Origin: Tubulanus polymorphus
Taxonomy: Eukaryota; Animalia; Nemertea
Reading direction: 5' to 3'
Assembly (NCBI RefSeq): GCF_964204645.1
Contig: NC_134035.1
Span: forward strand, 2,790,001-2,854,000
Length of the DNA: 64,000 nucleotides
In this document: positions 51,101-63,034 of the stretch, in pieces
Layout: each line of letters begins with the position of its first letter
Numbering within the stretch: position 1 is the stretch's first letter
The notes under the pieces: model-generated
What the model saw: the letters and a program-made list of their open reading frames with translations, nothing else
Databases searched by the model: none
What the model was told of the DNA's origin: nothing
Program-made: the position numbers and the translations under genes

Positions 51101-54100
51101 GCAAGTGGAGTTAAACACTTCCAGAATCAGTTAGCATTCACGCGCAATAATTTGACCAGTCCTGAAATTCGATACGGGCCACCTCGGTCGTCGGGTCAAA
51201 GTTTCTTTTGGGAATCGACTAAATCCCATCATCAATACTCGGGACTAGCACATAAAAACCCCAGTCTCGGTCTTGTCTCTATTGATTTCGACTCCCTGGA
51301 CTAGTTCTGTATTCAGTTCGACAGTTCTGAGTAGAGAGTTTATGATTTGAGCTGATTTTCAATGAGTTAACTCCTTATCGAATCTCAACTCATAACTATG
51401 GATCGAGAATAAGACCTACAATGAGTTGATTTTCAATGAATTAACTCTTTATCGAATCTCAACTTGAATCTCAATTAGACTTGAGATTAGTCCATTTTCG
51501 ATGAGTTAACTCTCTAGCGTCAAACTTTAGCTGGTCCTGTCGAATTATATACAGGTATTCAAAGAATAATTTTAAGAAACGTACCTTGTGTTTTTTCGAC
51601 AACATTTTGTTGTTTTTCGGAACGTAATCCATATCGAAATAAACAAATATATATATATATATATATATATGCATATAAAACAAACAATAGCGCTTTATAG
51701 TTATCACACGCGTTATTCGTCCTGATGAACGTGCAGCGCGTCTGCCGAAGTCAACGCGTTCGTCCGTACGTCAGACGTCAACACCGTCGTCGCCGCGAGT
51801 CAAACCCGACGATTGTCTTACATCGATATCAAAATATCGTCGTCGTCATCATCGTCGCATCATCAACCGTTTCGAGAATAAGACGCAGACACGCGGGAGG
51901 GAACGAGATATCTCGGCGCTCCGATCTCGCTCGCGCGATAACGCGTTGTATATAATCCCGTCGAGTTAATCTCGGGGCTTTCCGTCGTCGTCGAGCTTAA
52001 ACACGCTCGGCGATGATCCGCGCACGGCTCGCGAATTTTCAATCTATATCCACTAAAGGGGGCTACGTGTATACGTATATACTGTCCTTGCAGTGCTGAA
52101 CAGCTCTTCTGACTATAGTACGGTTCTACCTGGGACAATGACAATATAAATACTAAATACTAACCAAAGAATCAACAGAGACTATTGTTTCTTTGATTAG
52201 TATCAATTAATAGGTGTAACAACAAAGGCCGTCCGTAACTGAGACAAAGAGACAAGACACGTGGCTAAAAACTGTTGGAATACGTATTAGTAGGATAGCC
52301 ACACTTTAAACCCACTATGTACAAAATCTAAAAGATTAAAAGCGAATTTCGTTGATTAAAAAAATGAAATCTCGAAACCTTTCGAACTATCACAAAGAGA
52401 CAAAAGATACATGGCTAAGAACTGTTCAAACGCCTACAAGTAGAATAGTCGCACTCAAAGGACGTTTCGAATTCTCACTTTAGATGAAAGATGATCAGGT
52501 GTGACTAACATGTACTGTTCTATATACACTGGAAACAATGACGAAATACTAAGTATTCAGCAGAAATGGAAAACGTTTCTTTGATAGGTACTAATTAAAA
52601 GGTGTTATGACGAAGGCTGTTGGCTGTTAACTGCTCTATATAACACAGAGACAAAGACACGTGCCCTGAAAACTGTTTAATGTGTAAATGGTGCGTTGAC
52701 TTGACTTGTATATCGAAAAATTTCGAACGTGCGCAGTTAAAATTATTTATTCAAGAGGCCATAAAATAACGACGACACGAAACAAATTGCTCGAAAGCAG
52801 GTTTATGATATCGGCTCGTTATAGGAAAATGACTCACGCGCAATTTAAGGGCTAGAATGACGATTTCTTGAAAATCTAACCTAAAAATATTACAGGGTGG
52901 CGCCACTTTTATTTGACTCGCTTTCACCTGACTATTGCCTGACATGTATATTGTTTTCCCTGACTTTATCTGCTAAGAATCCAATCAATTAACACAGTCA
53001 AATACATAAGACATAGCTGGAAACTGTTTGATGGTTACACACGATCTATCAATCACAACAAATTTCCCTCAATTTTCCTAATGTTTAGCTTCTTTTTTTT
53101 TTTTACAAAATTTCCCGACTATTCCCTGACTTTTTTAAAAAGAAAAAAAAATTTCCCTGATTTCCAGGTAAGTGGCCACCCTACCTTCTATGCACGCAAG
53201 TTTTTAGAATGTTCCATTAGGAGTTGAAACTGGAAGCAGTGCTTAACATTTAAGGTTTAAGGTAGGTGGATATATTAGACGTGATATCTAAAACTTCCGG
53301 TTCTATTTCTGTAGATGGAGAAATAGGATTTCAGTTCGTCGAAAAGGTCGTTTTCATCTTATTACAACGTCACACTCTGATTCAAGACAAATTCACGTGA
53401 TGCCAGGGCACGTGATGCCCGGGATGTGCCTGGGCCGTGATGACTGTACCTCTCAGTCTTAAACTCATAGCTAACAAAATCGTTCACAAATAATTACTAA
53501 ATTGATGATCAAATTAATTAGTCCGTAATTGACAGAACAATTTACCAATTTGCGAAATCAGTCGAATTATGCGCTGATTTAACAGTCACCAGGCTGGTTT
53601 TATATATAGGCTTGTCATCGGCCGGTTTGATAGGCTTGTTTTGATGATCATGGAGGTAAAAATCTAGTTTAAACGTTCATGGGATTATCTAATACCGGTA
53701 ACTTGTAAGATATTATATCACTTTTAGATACTATTGATCAATCTAGGGATCCGGGGACCACTTTTCTTGGTTCTAGCTAATCTGACAAAACAGTTTAAGA
53801 CTTGGACTAGCAACTCAAGCAATGGGCTCTAGACACGGCAGTTGCACCTACAGGGGTGCACAAAGACGAGTCTAATTCAGTTCAACTTCAACTTAAGACC
53901 AGTTTGAGACCCTTATGGTGTTCTATAGCCAACCTCGCAACTTAAGTCAGGTCATGGATCATTTGGTTCTACAACCAATCCGACAAATCAAGCCCGGCCT
54001 AAGGTAATTTTGGTTCAGCAGCAAAGACCTGCGTTACGATTGAAAACCACTTTCAGACACAAGCCACTATTGAACCAATTGGTCTTTCATGTAGAGTCTT

Positions 54101-57100
54101 GATAGCGAAGGAGCTCGGCGCAGATCTTAACGTTTTCTATAGCAAAATATCATCAGAGACCTCAGGGCAAAATACAACAATTCCTATGATCATAGAAATA
54201 ATTGTATATGTCGGCATACGTTGTGATTTTCGTTCCATTAGGAATCACCCACGCCGTAACAAATCAGGAGTATCAATGTTTTAAAGATATAGCCCCATTT
54301 GATCTCAAAAATAGCAGTTTGATAGAAACTAAACTAGATATTATCATTCGGATTTTTAAAATTACTTTCGGTAATTAATGAGCCAATCAAAGGGAAGAGA
54401 CTACCCGAAATTTATCGAATGAAATGAAAAACTTTTGTCTGTGTCAATTGTAGATAAACAAAGCGCCTAGGATCTTCAGGAAGATCTGAATATCTATCAA
54501 AAAGAAAACCACTACGTTAGTCAACAGCCATCATTCTACCTGATCACAGCTGTGGTTTTATTTCAATAAATTTTCAAAATTCTAAGAACATAAAAATCTA
54601 TCTAATCTGTCTATTCTATCTACTTCACAGTATATTTATTTACTCCTTAGTCACAGTTGTCGGGTCCACTACCCGAGCCTACATGATACACACATAATTT
54701 AACTCAGGGCAAATCTGTTATTCGCATATTATACAATACAGCGTCTCAACATTTCCGAAATTAATTAACGAACCCGATATTAGAACGTGTCGAATGATAA
54801 ATAATTCACAAGCGACTGACGACTGACTGTACATTGACATATACTATTACAATCACAGTGTATAAACAGCTACATATTATATCTAAACAAAGTCTTCGAC
54901 GCGATTTCTACAGAAAAAAGAACTTCGATTCTCTTTCGCTCTTGAATAACGAATGACCTAATGATTTCCTTCCGACTATTGAACCTATAACGATTTCACA
55001 GACATAAGCCGTTATTTACATGACGGTCTATCAAATTTGGACCGTTCCAATTTAGAAGCGTTCGCACTCGCGAAAAAGTCCATTCCAAATTGGTCCAGAC
55101 CAACCTAAAAGGCCAATCGAGGTCAGTTTTACATTTTGAAATATTGAATGTAAGATACTCAATAACGCAGTATCTTGGGGACCACTGATAACCTATCTGT
55201 AGCCAATTCAACAACCTGTGTGTCCATTAGGCCTGCTCTAAAATTTCCTCATTCCAGGTACACATCAAATTTCTTTAGGGACAGATCTAGAGGCCAATTT
55301 TGAAGGCCTAGGCACACCCCAAATGGACACTTCAATGTCCAGAGAGGTAATATAGTGTACCCCTGCAATGCAATGCACCAATTATCTTTGTTAACAAAAT
55401 GGAATAGGGCGCCCAAAAAGTTTGATGGACTTGTACAAGTCGCACAAGTCACCTTGGATCTGCCCTTGAATTAAGCACACTATAACTAGGACCTATACCA
55501 GTGGTCGTTTAAACACGGCTATAACTGCAGTCAAGAATTCCTTTCCTAAAAGCTTTATATACCGGTATATAAAGTATACCTAGCCACCTACCTAATATAG
55601 CCATCAAATATGAAGGGGCTTATTAACAATTCCCCGGCTAAGTGCCATCGTATATAATTACCCGTAATCTGGTATATAGAGAATAACATAAATCTACTTG
55701 AGAAAATAATCCCGTCGACCCAATCTGCGCGATCTAATCTACCCACTTTCAAGTCGAGCGATAATGCTCGAGGTGGACCTACGGTATTTCCGATATATAA
55801 AATCAAGAATTTCTTTTTTAAAATATTCCACGACTTGGCCGATAGATGTAGAAATTAATCCTCGAAATGAAACCGGCATTGACGCGCACGCGCGATCCTT
55901 CAGTAACATCAAATCGTCGGTATTCCTGTGACCAGTCGGTATTCCTTACTCTGCTAGAAAAGTGAAAATCTCGCTAATGCAAAACTTTCTCTCCTACTCC
56001 AATAGTACTATTACCTATGTATGCGCGAAGTACACACCTAAATATACGTGCGCAGGGGGAATGTGCCTGAGAGCAAAACACAAGTGATGACGCGTAGTTG
56101 ACAAAAGCTCTGAATGAAAAGAAGCCTGGCCTGCTTCGATTCTTTTGTTCTCCTACGAGCGTTGAAAGAATTCCGTGAAGATTTCGACCGGATCTAGTAC
56201 GCTTAAAGTGTCGGCGTTCATTGTAGTCGTATTGTCAAAACGGAATAAGAGACATCATTGTCGGAATGTTTTCGAAACCGCACGAAGAATGCGGGTGTAG
56301 CTAATTCTGACGATTGAAATGAAAACTGACATAGAATCGTAGACAATTGGCGTCGATAAATGATCTCGAGATGACTCTTATAACAGAAAAAGGGCAAACG
56401 ACTTTCAAATTTGCACCTTTGATGATAATCTTTTGGGCCCATTTAACATGCCTGGAATTTGACACTCCATAATAGCAATGGGAAACTGTGTAGTATATAA
56501 TCCTTGAATAAGTCAGTAAATGATGCGATAAAACAAAAAATAAATTCTTGTGGTTTTGTTTGAAAAGAAATCATCATTGTTTAATTGATCTGAGCGTCTC
56601 ACCAACGAATCGCTTATGAATTAGTTCTGAAAGATACAACGGGGTGACAGCACTGTACTAGCACAGCCGTGTCAGGCAGCGTCTGCTATCAACGGAGAAG
56701 CCTCACAGCAGATACTCATCTGGCGGATAAAACTAATCGACCTGAATGAGAAAATACGATGAATTCGATACCAAATTTAAGCACTTTCAGATGCGCCCCG
56801 AAGCTGACTCTGAAGTTATCATATTTCTCTTCCACCAGCTCGTTCCAGATTTCTTAGGGAACCAAATGTAAAGTTGAATTACAGTCGAAGTCCATTATAT
56901 CACCATTCTTTTTTTCAGAGAAGTGTTGACAATCAGTTTTTGAACGTGCACTCATAAGATCATCATCTAATATCTGGTGTATGAACAGTCAAAGTCTGTC
57001 ATAACGCTGCGATCATTCTTAATACCAGATTAATTTCCCGGAACAAATTTGCTCAATCAAATTTTCTCTTAATCAAATAAATATGCCATTCTTTATGACG

Positions 57101-60100
57101 CCAAATTCGTTAATAAAGCCATGTCTTTTATTGGTTCCAACCACAGCAATATACAGGACTGCAGTTCAATTTGGATAAGAAGAGTTGTATTTGAGCCGTG
57201 TTATTTTGTCCTGGATATTGACACATATACCTGATGGGTGCTTTTTTTGTACTGCTGGACAAAGCTCGTAATTTCTGATAAAATCAGTTAACCAACAAGT
57301 ACTACCTGTTTTTCAGTCCAGCATTGAAGTTGAAGTCCTATTGAGTTAACTGTTTAGTGTCAAATCTTCATTCGCTTTAACGTAATGTAACTCTAATCAC
57401 TTGTCAAGTTAACTAAACTCCAGCGAAAAACGGATCAGGAACATAACTCCAAAGAAAATAGATCAGTTACTTAAATTCAGAGAAAATGGATGGATGGGGC
57501 ATACGCAGTGAACATAGAAACAGAGCAATAATCAATGATATAAGGTGAATATAACTTACATCTTGAAGCATGCTTTCAGTGTTGGTCAGTTTATCGGCGC
57601 TGCTGTCGATGTCGGTTTCGAGTTCGCGTATTTTTTCTCGCTGCGCCTCGACCTGCTCGCGTAGCACGCTGACCTGCAGCACGAGATTGTCGCGGTCGCT
57701 GTCGGCGTGTAGCGCGTCGTGCTCCGACTCGGAACTCGAGAACTCGTTGGTCGTCGTCGATGACGGAGATAATCCATTAGCCTGCAATTATACAAAATAA
57801 CAAAAGAGTTAATACTAGGCATAATATGCAAAGGAAAGATTGGTAATAAAGGAATGTGCCTACAGACAAGAGAGGGTCTAAGGGTGTAGAACAATTATCT
57901 ACTTCTTGAATTATGCGTTTTCAGTCCTGCACATTTTTTCTCATGCGTTTTCTTGTTGGTATTGGACAATATTTGTTTTGTTTGTATTGAGGACACGTTT
58001 GGTCTTGTTTGCATGGACATATCTTTGTCCGGAGAACATGCACTTTTTATCCTGTTTGCAAACACAAGAGATTTTTTGCATGGACCTTTTTGTCCCATAA
58101 GCATGGGCATCTTTGTCCTATGCTTGGACATTTTTTGTCCTGTGTGCTGCAAGTACTGACATTTTTTGTCCTGTATGCTTGGACATTTTTTGTCCTGTGT
58201 GCTGCAAGTACCGACCTTTTTTGTCCTGCATGCTTGGACAAATTTTGTCCTATGTGTTACAAGTACAGACATTTTTTGTCCTGTATGCTTGGACATTTTT
58301 TGTCATATGTGCTGCAAGTACAGACCTTTTTTGTCCAGCATGCTTGGACATATTTTGTTCTATGTGCTACAAGACATTTTTTGTCCTGCATGCTTGGACA
58401 TCTTTTGTCCTGTGTGCTAAAAGTACAGACATTTTTTGTCTTGCATGCTTGGACATCTTTGTCCTATGTGCTGCAAACAAAGATATTTTTTTGTCCTGTA
58501 TGCTTGGACATCTTTTGTCTTATGTGCTACAAGCACAGACATTAATGTCCTATATGCTGCGTTCATTTCTTGTCCAGCAATTTCGTGGTGTTGTGAACTG
58601 TATTCGCCCCCACTTGCCTGCCATCCACTCCTCAGCGTTTCAATGTAAACTCCTCCCAGCTCTCCTTGGTCGCGAAATATTCTTCGAAACCCACAATATC
58701 AATGAAAACCTCATTCTTTGCAGAATCGTAATTCAATTTAATTACGATAAGCCTCTCGTGAAACTGGACTCCGACGAGCCCGGTTTTCCGAAAACATCTC
58801 ATCCATCATCTAAAAAACCGACGACCGCACCGGCTACATCAGCAGCTACATCAGAGGACAAAACATCACACGATTACGTTTGTCTCTTCATTTAACATTT
58901 AATTAATTTGAAAGCTTTACCAGACGGTTCTCGATGGCAGGCATTGCATCGCGGGCAACTTAACAACCATCCGCCCATCCGCCAGTCGTCGTTTAAAAAC
59001 GCAAGAGTGCTTGTTACATAATGTTGATAATTTCCGGGTAGTCAGTAGATACATGCCGCCGTGCTATAAATATAACCTGACTAAAAAACGAAACCGTGGC
59101 TTAATTTAGACTTTCGACACAACGAGTCGTCATTGAACGTACCGTGTCGCAGACGGCGACGCTATATCTGCGTACTCCGATTTCCGATTTCAAAATCGAA
59201 CCCCGATTTCAACATCGAACCCCCCGTTATGTTCATTCACTTCAACGTAACTTTAATCAGTTGTCAAGCTTAGACAGTTACTTAACTCCAGAAAAAACGA
59301 ATCAGTTACATACCGGTAACTTCAGAAATAATGGATCAGTTACTTAAGTTTCCGGCAGGTGTTGTGGGATAGTAAGGGATCCAAAATACCAATCAAATCA
59401 AATCGATGAAATAATTGTATTAAGCATGGCCCTTATTGTTCTCAGTAGTAGCTCAGTAGTAGCGTAGGCTAGATTTGACTCCAGGTTGTCTAGTTGGGGC
59501 AATGTGATTGCGGCTCGTGTGCGCGAGTGTTTATCGTAGGGATCGTGCCGCTAAATATAAGACATTAATCCGGTGCTTACACAAGCGTCTTCTCCTGAAC
59601 ACACCTTCACAAACAGATAATGACAATAATAAGCATAAAAAACAACGACATTTATCATCGCTTCAGAACCCTTAAGGTCGCGTGGAGATAGTTATTCATA
59701 GGTGTATAAATCAAGCATCTTACAGAGAGTCATAAGACTGTAGCCAGGCATGTGTTAGGGGGGGCAGGTTCGATTTTCAGGAAAAGGGGATTTTCTCAAA
59801 AATGCATGCAACAAAGGGGCAATGTTCTAATCGGGGGACTTGGAAGTGCTACCACAGATAATTTAAATAATCAGATCCAAATCAGGAGCAATTTCACGGT
59901 TTCTGGCAAAGTGAGATGAAAACAGAATGTTTTGCTTCGTTTTCCTGCTATTTCGCCTTGAATCAAGAAAATTCAAAAGTATTCTGCTCATATTCTGAAC
60001 GCGAACTAACGAACAAGTGTCAACAATGAGCGTATATTTGAAAATCGATGCTCAGACTTTCTTTCTTTAGGCTGACGTCGATGCAGCCCTTCGTTGATGA

Positions 60101-62478
60101 GTGGAGTTCATTCGAATCCCTGTCTGAGCCTGATCCGATTCTCCACAGTCGCATCGGTATCCATCCCCTCGTAGCTCAGAACTATCGGCAAGTCAGTCTC
60201 GGCGGAGTTGCGCTGCAGCTCGACATAAGCTAGGATTACGACTTGGAAGTGATGACTGTTAGGGCTGGCATAGGGTCGAATCACAACTGTTTGCGATGCG
60301 ATCATGTGCAACTGGTGTGGACGCGATGCGATCATGTGCAACTGGTGTGGACGCGATGCGGTCATGTGCAACTGGTGAGGCCGACAGATTTTGCGTAACG
60401 CGATCATCGGCGGAGATCGTAGAAGATCGGTCATAAGGCCACCAACCTCCGGCTTATCAAAACTGGGACTGACTCGAATCGATAGATCTACAAATCTCAC
60501 ATCGCGGTATATGTAATTGTTTGGACCTCATGTAAAATATCGATTTCAGTCCTGATTAATCGTTTATGATTAAACGACCAGACTCGACGAACAATCCGTA
60601 CATCGATAGCTCATCGTCGTCGGTACGAATGACGAAAATTGACCACATCCATCAAACGGCAAAACATTTATGAGGTTTCGCGTTCGCCGTGGTGGAGAGA
60701 TAGAGAGGAGGGGGACACGCAAGAGAAACAATCCGTACAAGCAGGTAGAAATTGCAAGCCTCAGTACAGGCGTCTGAAACAAGAACTGATCAAAAACTTT
60801 AACTCTTTCAGTGCTGACTAGATAAAACCCTTAAACGCTGGAGCTAATTTTCAAATTTTTTAGAATTCCACCCCAGCATGTTGAATAACCAGCAAACCCC
60901 ATAAGTGTCTACATCGCGGTGCGGTTTATCGTTAGTTACTGATACTTCACTATGTTTGACAGGCACTGCCATCTTTTGTTAGAGACAAAACCTAATTACT
61001 AATAACATTATACACCATGGTGCCGCGTATTAGCAAAGTCCTTCACCGATGCCTACACACCGCACTGTGGTGTAGATGCACTGAAAGGGTAATTTGGTGA
61101 AGAATGGATGGTTGGATGGTCCGATGTACTGCGTCGAGTGAGTCCCTTATGAACAGACTTCGAAGCGATGAAAGTGAACCGTTGATCTTGGCGTTGATTT
61201 CACTGGCGCGCCAATCGGCGCCGGACGATCGATCATCGTCGAACGCGCCACGCTCCATCGAACGACGTCAATACGCTCGCCTTACGATAATATAATAATA
61301 ACGGCTTAACGACGACAGACGGACGGACGGACGAACGGACGATCGATTTTAAACCGTAACCAAACGCGCAATCCGTTGACTTCATTAAATACCGTTTCAC
61401 TCCCAGATTCGTTATTGATTCATTAAGCTAATTAATTACATATTTCAGTCGATTCGAGATTATATGGGAATCGATAGTAAAAGCAAAGGTTACGGACGGA
61501 TTTACGTCGGAACGACGGTGAAACCGATTTAGGAATCGTTGTCCGTTATTGCGCGGTTCGTTAGATTAACTGTTTCCTCCGCGTCGTCGTAAACTCACGA
61601 GTTGAATCCGGTACAGCCATCGTACTTTACCAAGTGATGCGCCACTCACGCAAGGTCGCAGGACGGCCATCTTGCGTCCGATCGGCCCAAATTTTTCTCG
61701 GACTCGACGGACCGTGAGGGATACGACCATATATAAAAAGATTGAGATACTTCATTGAAGCACGTTCAAAATTTCTGGTGAAAACTTCAAAAATGTGTAA
61801 AAAAGGTGCTGATTTCGGCGAACAACTATGGCCACCAGTCGGCCATCTTGATTCTCATCAGGCCAGTTTTTGGGCTGTTGAAGCTAGCTGTGTCTCTCTC
61901 ATCTGCATAAACCAAATACCAAGAAAATCCTTTAAAGTGTCTTCTAAACATCACAAAATGACTTGATTCAGGCAAACAAACAAACAAACCGGGTAAATGG
62001 TGGGTAGATAACGGATGAAAAGTGAACGCGATAGCTTTGAAGTGAATACTTTCAGCAATTTCAGGATCAGGATTTTACCTAAAAAGTAAGCAGTTGGACC
62101 TATCCCAAATTTTTTCAAAAATAAAAACCACTTTTCCGATTTTAATGTCAGTCAGACTTGCTACAAACGCCGTGTAATCTACCGACCCACTAGAGACCTA
62201 CGTCGCTTCGTGATCTTTCCGTACCACCGCATTTCCGACTGCGAAAAACACAATCTTTTCCGCGCGGAGAGAATCCGCGTATAAATACTTACCATCAGTC
62301 GAACGCTGCTGGTCGTCGACTTACTGCGCACGGGCGTCGACTTGCACGACCTGGCGACCTCGTTCAACGACAGAACGACCGACAATCGCAACTGACGTCC
62401 GGTGAGATCCTTCAACGATCCGAGCGTTTTCGACACGCGAATTACTTCGGTCAGATCACCGTCGCCGGCATCATTCAT
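24161..62478 (-). CDS. PPFIBP: Liprin-beta (PTPRF-interacting protein binding protein), about 914 aa, 21 coding exons; the 5' end may extend beyond the window
   Basis: Minus-strand exons: 62478-62293, 57781-57560, 43032-42901, 38911-38800, 38589-38536, 35070-35009, 34516-34441, 33937-33831, 33381-33303, 32632-32466, 31861-31690, 28417-28273, 27723-27589, 27474-27212, 26908-26820, 26675-26550, 26353-26222, 25858-25670, 25481-25305, 24767-24708, 24220-24161. All GT-AG, phases consistent, 2745 nt. Liprin-beta motifs: LVLQVSVLREQVEAQREKIR, ELLSRTSLETHKLDLMAEISNLK, KKAVESLMGANREK, KRSTSAPNL, EFKRGGVRSTTGPRLGWS, 3 SAM domains, YICPMD, IGAFSQEINTLT, C-terminal SNV. Confidence 0.93.
24961..25075. mobile_element. 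Palindromic (hairpin) MITE family B
   Basis: ccggttttacaggcaggtattacctttaaccctggggctaac...gttagcccccgggttaaaggtgatacctgtctataaaaccgg. Other copies at 26086-26178, 43419-43526 and a degenerate one at ~33055-33135. Confidence 0.88.
25670..27474 (-). CDS. PPFIBP: Liprin-beta exons encoding the triple SAM (liprin homology) region
   Basis: SAM1 DLNMPFARWDGDRVAAWLHEMGL...ELGIKHHLHRKKVQLAL; SAM2 RWLDDIGLPQYKDQFIDAKVDGRMLHYMTV...LHHLSIKRGIQVLR; SAM3 WSNHRVMEWLRTIDLSEYAPNLRGSGVHGALM...KTLLRRHL. Confidence 0.96.
26086..26178. mobile_element. Palindromic MITE family B copy
   Basis: Closely similar to 24967-25069. Confidence 0.85.
37965..38247. mobile_element. MITE family E (TIR CAGGGTGGCCAC, hAT-like)
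   Basis: cagggtggccac ... gtggccaccccg, with internal ttccctga repeats. Copies at 52893-53182 and 62773-63034 are similar to each other along their length. Confidence 0.7.
38965..39407. mobile_element. piggyBac-like MITE family C copy
   Basis: ttcactgctgactaattaatacc ... tagtcaacattgaaaggg. Internal inverted arms shared with the 47975 and 60803 copies. Confidence 0.65.
40138..40550 (+). mobile_element. 5'-truncated LINE remnant (ORF2 C-terminal zinc-knuckle and 3'UTR; RTE-X-like), antisense in a liprin-beta intron
   Basis: Peptide LINIELGRY...EERLCPSC...VETEIHFLCECLAY matches the C-x2-C...H-x4-C C-terminus of non-LTR ORF2. AATAAA near 40542. No RT domain. Confidence 0.8.
42901..43032 (-). 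CDS. PPFIBP: Liprin-beta coiled-coil exon
   Basis: ttacag|GAG...CAG|gtaggt. Encodes ELLSRTSLETHKLDLMAEISNLKIRLTSSERDRQDNEEKLTQSQ. Confidence 0.94.
43325..43602. mobile_element. Nested MITEs: family B hairpin (43419-43526) inside a related-TIR element
   Basis: Outer ends gggctctcggttttatagac / gtctatgaaacccagccc. Inner near-perfect hairpin ggccggttttatagaccggtattacctttaaccc...gggttaaaggtaataccggtctataaaacaggcc. Confidence 0.75.
44720..45040. repeat. About 22-bp minisatellite organised as 66-bp trimers
   Basis: Repeated catcaggaaggttc core. ORF 44796-45065 shows a 22-aa period (GRFLPIIKEVPSKHQEGSLL..). Confidence 0.9.
47072..47267 (-). repeat. Three tandem ~62-72-bp units carrying a tRNA B-box-like motif
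   Basis: Minus-strand unit gggaggatgattggagcagggtt...gtctcatcaggttcgaatccctg. Confidence 0.6.
47975..48272. mobile_element. piggyBac-like MITE family C copy (inverted relative to the 60803 copy)
   Basis: taaa|ccttttcagtgcatctatacaccg ... gattagtcagcagagatgagg|tcaa. Confidence 0.68.
48663..48906. mobile_element. MITE family D (PIF/Harbinger-like, TTA target duplication)
   Basis: TTA|gccgtgttcaca ... tgtgatcgcagc|TTA. The internal caaatttggcccgtgcctaattagagagcg motif recurs at ~2500-2695, ~28000-28200, ~50930-51200 and ~63770-63990. Confidence 0.7.
52113..52678. repeat. Degenerate tandem duplication (~390-bp spacing)
   Basis: acaatgac, aaatactaa, gtttctttgat, aattaa.aggtgt, gagacaa.gacacgtg..aaaactgtt in both 52113-52278 and 52505-52678, with a partial third copy at 52391-52427. 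Confidence 0.7.
52893..53182. mobile_element. MITE family E copy
   Basis: cagggtggcgccac ... ttccaggtaagtggccaccct. Shares atctgctaagaatccaatcaat..acacagtc with 62773-63034. Confidence 0.7.
57560..57781 (-). CDS. PPFIBP: Liprin-beta N-terminal coiled-coil exon
   Basis: ttgcag|GCT...GAT|gtaagt, phase 0-0. Encodes DRDNLVLQVSVLREQVEAQREKIRELE...LTNTESMLQD. Confidence 0.93.
57960..58560. repeat. 55-bp minisatellite (about 8 good copies plus degenerate ones), built from two subunits
   Basis: tgcttggaca at 58121, 58176, 58231, 58286, 58341, 58391, 58446, 58501. Each unit has two gacattttttgtcc subunits. Confidence 0.95.
60292..60380. repeat. 30-bp tandem repeat x3
   Basis: gcgatgcgatcatgtgcaactggtgtggac, three times. 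Confidence 0.9.
60803..61089. mobile_element. piggyBac-like MITE family C
   Basis: TTAA|ctctttcagtgc ... gcactgaaaggg|TAAT. Relatives at 47975-48272 and ~38965-39407 share the tacaccgcactgtggtgtaga and aagatggcag...ctgtcaaacatagtgaa cores. Confidence 0.72.
61625..62012. mobile_element. Probable Helentron/HINE-like element
   Basis: Two core repeats (cggccatcttg at ~61664 and ~61840), a (CAAA)n microsatellite at 61973-61989 and a short terminal segment. Confidence 0.45.
62293..62478 (-). CDS. PPFIBP: Putative first (or alternative first) coding exon of liprin-beta
   Basis: AAAATG start with an upstream in-frame TGA. Ends ATG|gtaagt in phase 0, matching the next exon. Sequence similarity to known liprin-beta N-termini is weak. 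Confidence 0.55.
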
Positions 62479-62772
62479 TTTACGCGTCGACTTTCACGCG
62501 TTGGTCCCAAATATGATGATGATAGTTATTTTGCGTTAATTTTGCGATAGATAACATCACTACAGTACTAGGAGTCGTTTGTCGACGGACGTTCCTTCTT
62601 CCGACCAGTTATGACCCGTAATGAGCCTTTCAGATTTATAGTAGCTTATCGCGTTTACCTGTAGTCGACATTTTACAGTAAGAAAAAATTGAGTAAGGTT
62701 CTTTTTAAAATTTACGAAATATCTTCAGACGGGCTCAGGTCGGGCTTGCGAACGCCAATGATATGTTCTAAA

Positions 62773-63034
62773 AGGGTGGCCACATTTAACTATTTTCCTG
62801 ACATGTTCGTTGTTTTCCCCAATTCGATCTGCTAAGAATCCAATCAATCAACACAGTCTAATACGTAAAACATAGACGGAAAACGTTTGATTTTACGCAT
62901 GATCTCAGCAAATTTCCTTGACTTTTCCCCGATTTTCAGCTTTTTTAACAACATTCCCTGAATATTCTCATACTTTTTTAAAGAAAAAAAAAATTCCTCA
63001 ACTTTTAACTGATTTCCAGGTAAGTGGCAACCTT
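62773..63034. mobile_element. MITE family E copy
   Basis: agggtggccaca ... ttccaggtaagtggcaaccttg. Confidence 0.7.

Noticed and set aside
57960-58560. CRISPR-like array of palindromic repeats
   Set aside because: The intervening sequences are themselves repeated rather than unique spacers, there are no cas genes, and the context is a eukaryotic intron.
57895-58895. Long overlapping ORFs (up to 260 aa)
   Set aside because: By-products of the stop-poor 55-bp minisatellite; periodic peptides appear in several frames on both strands.
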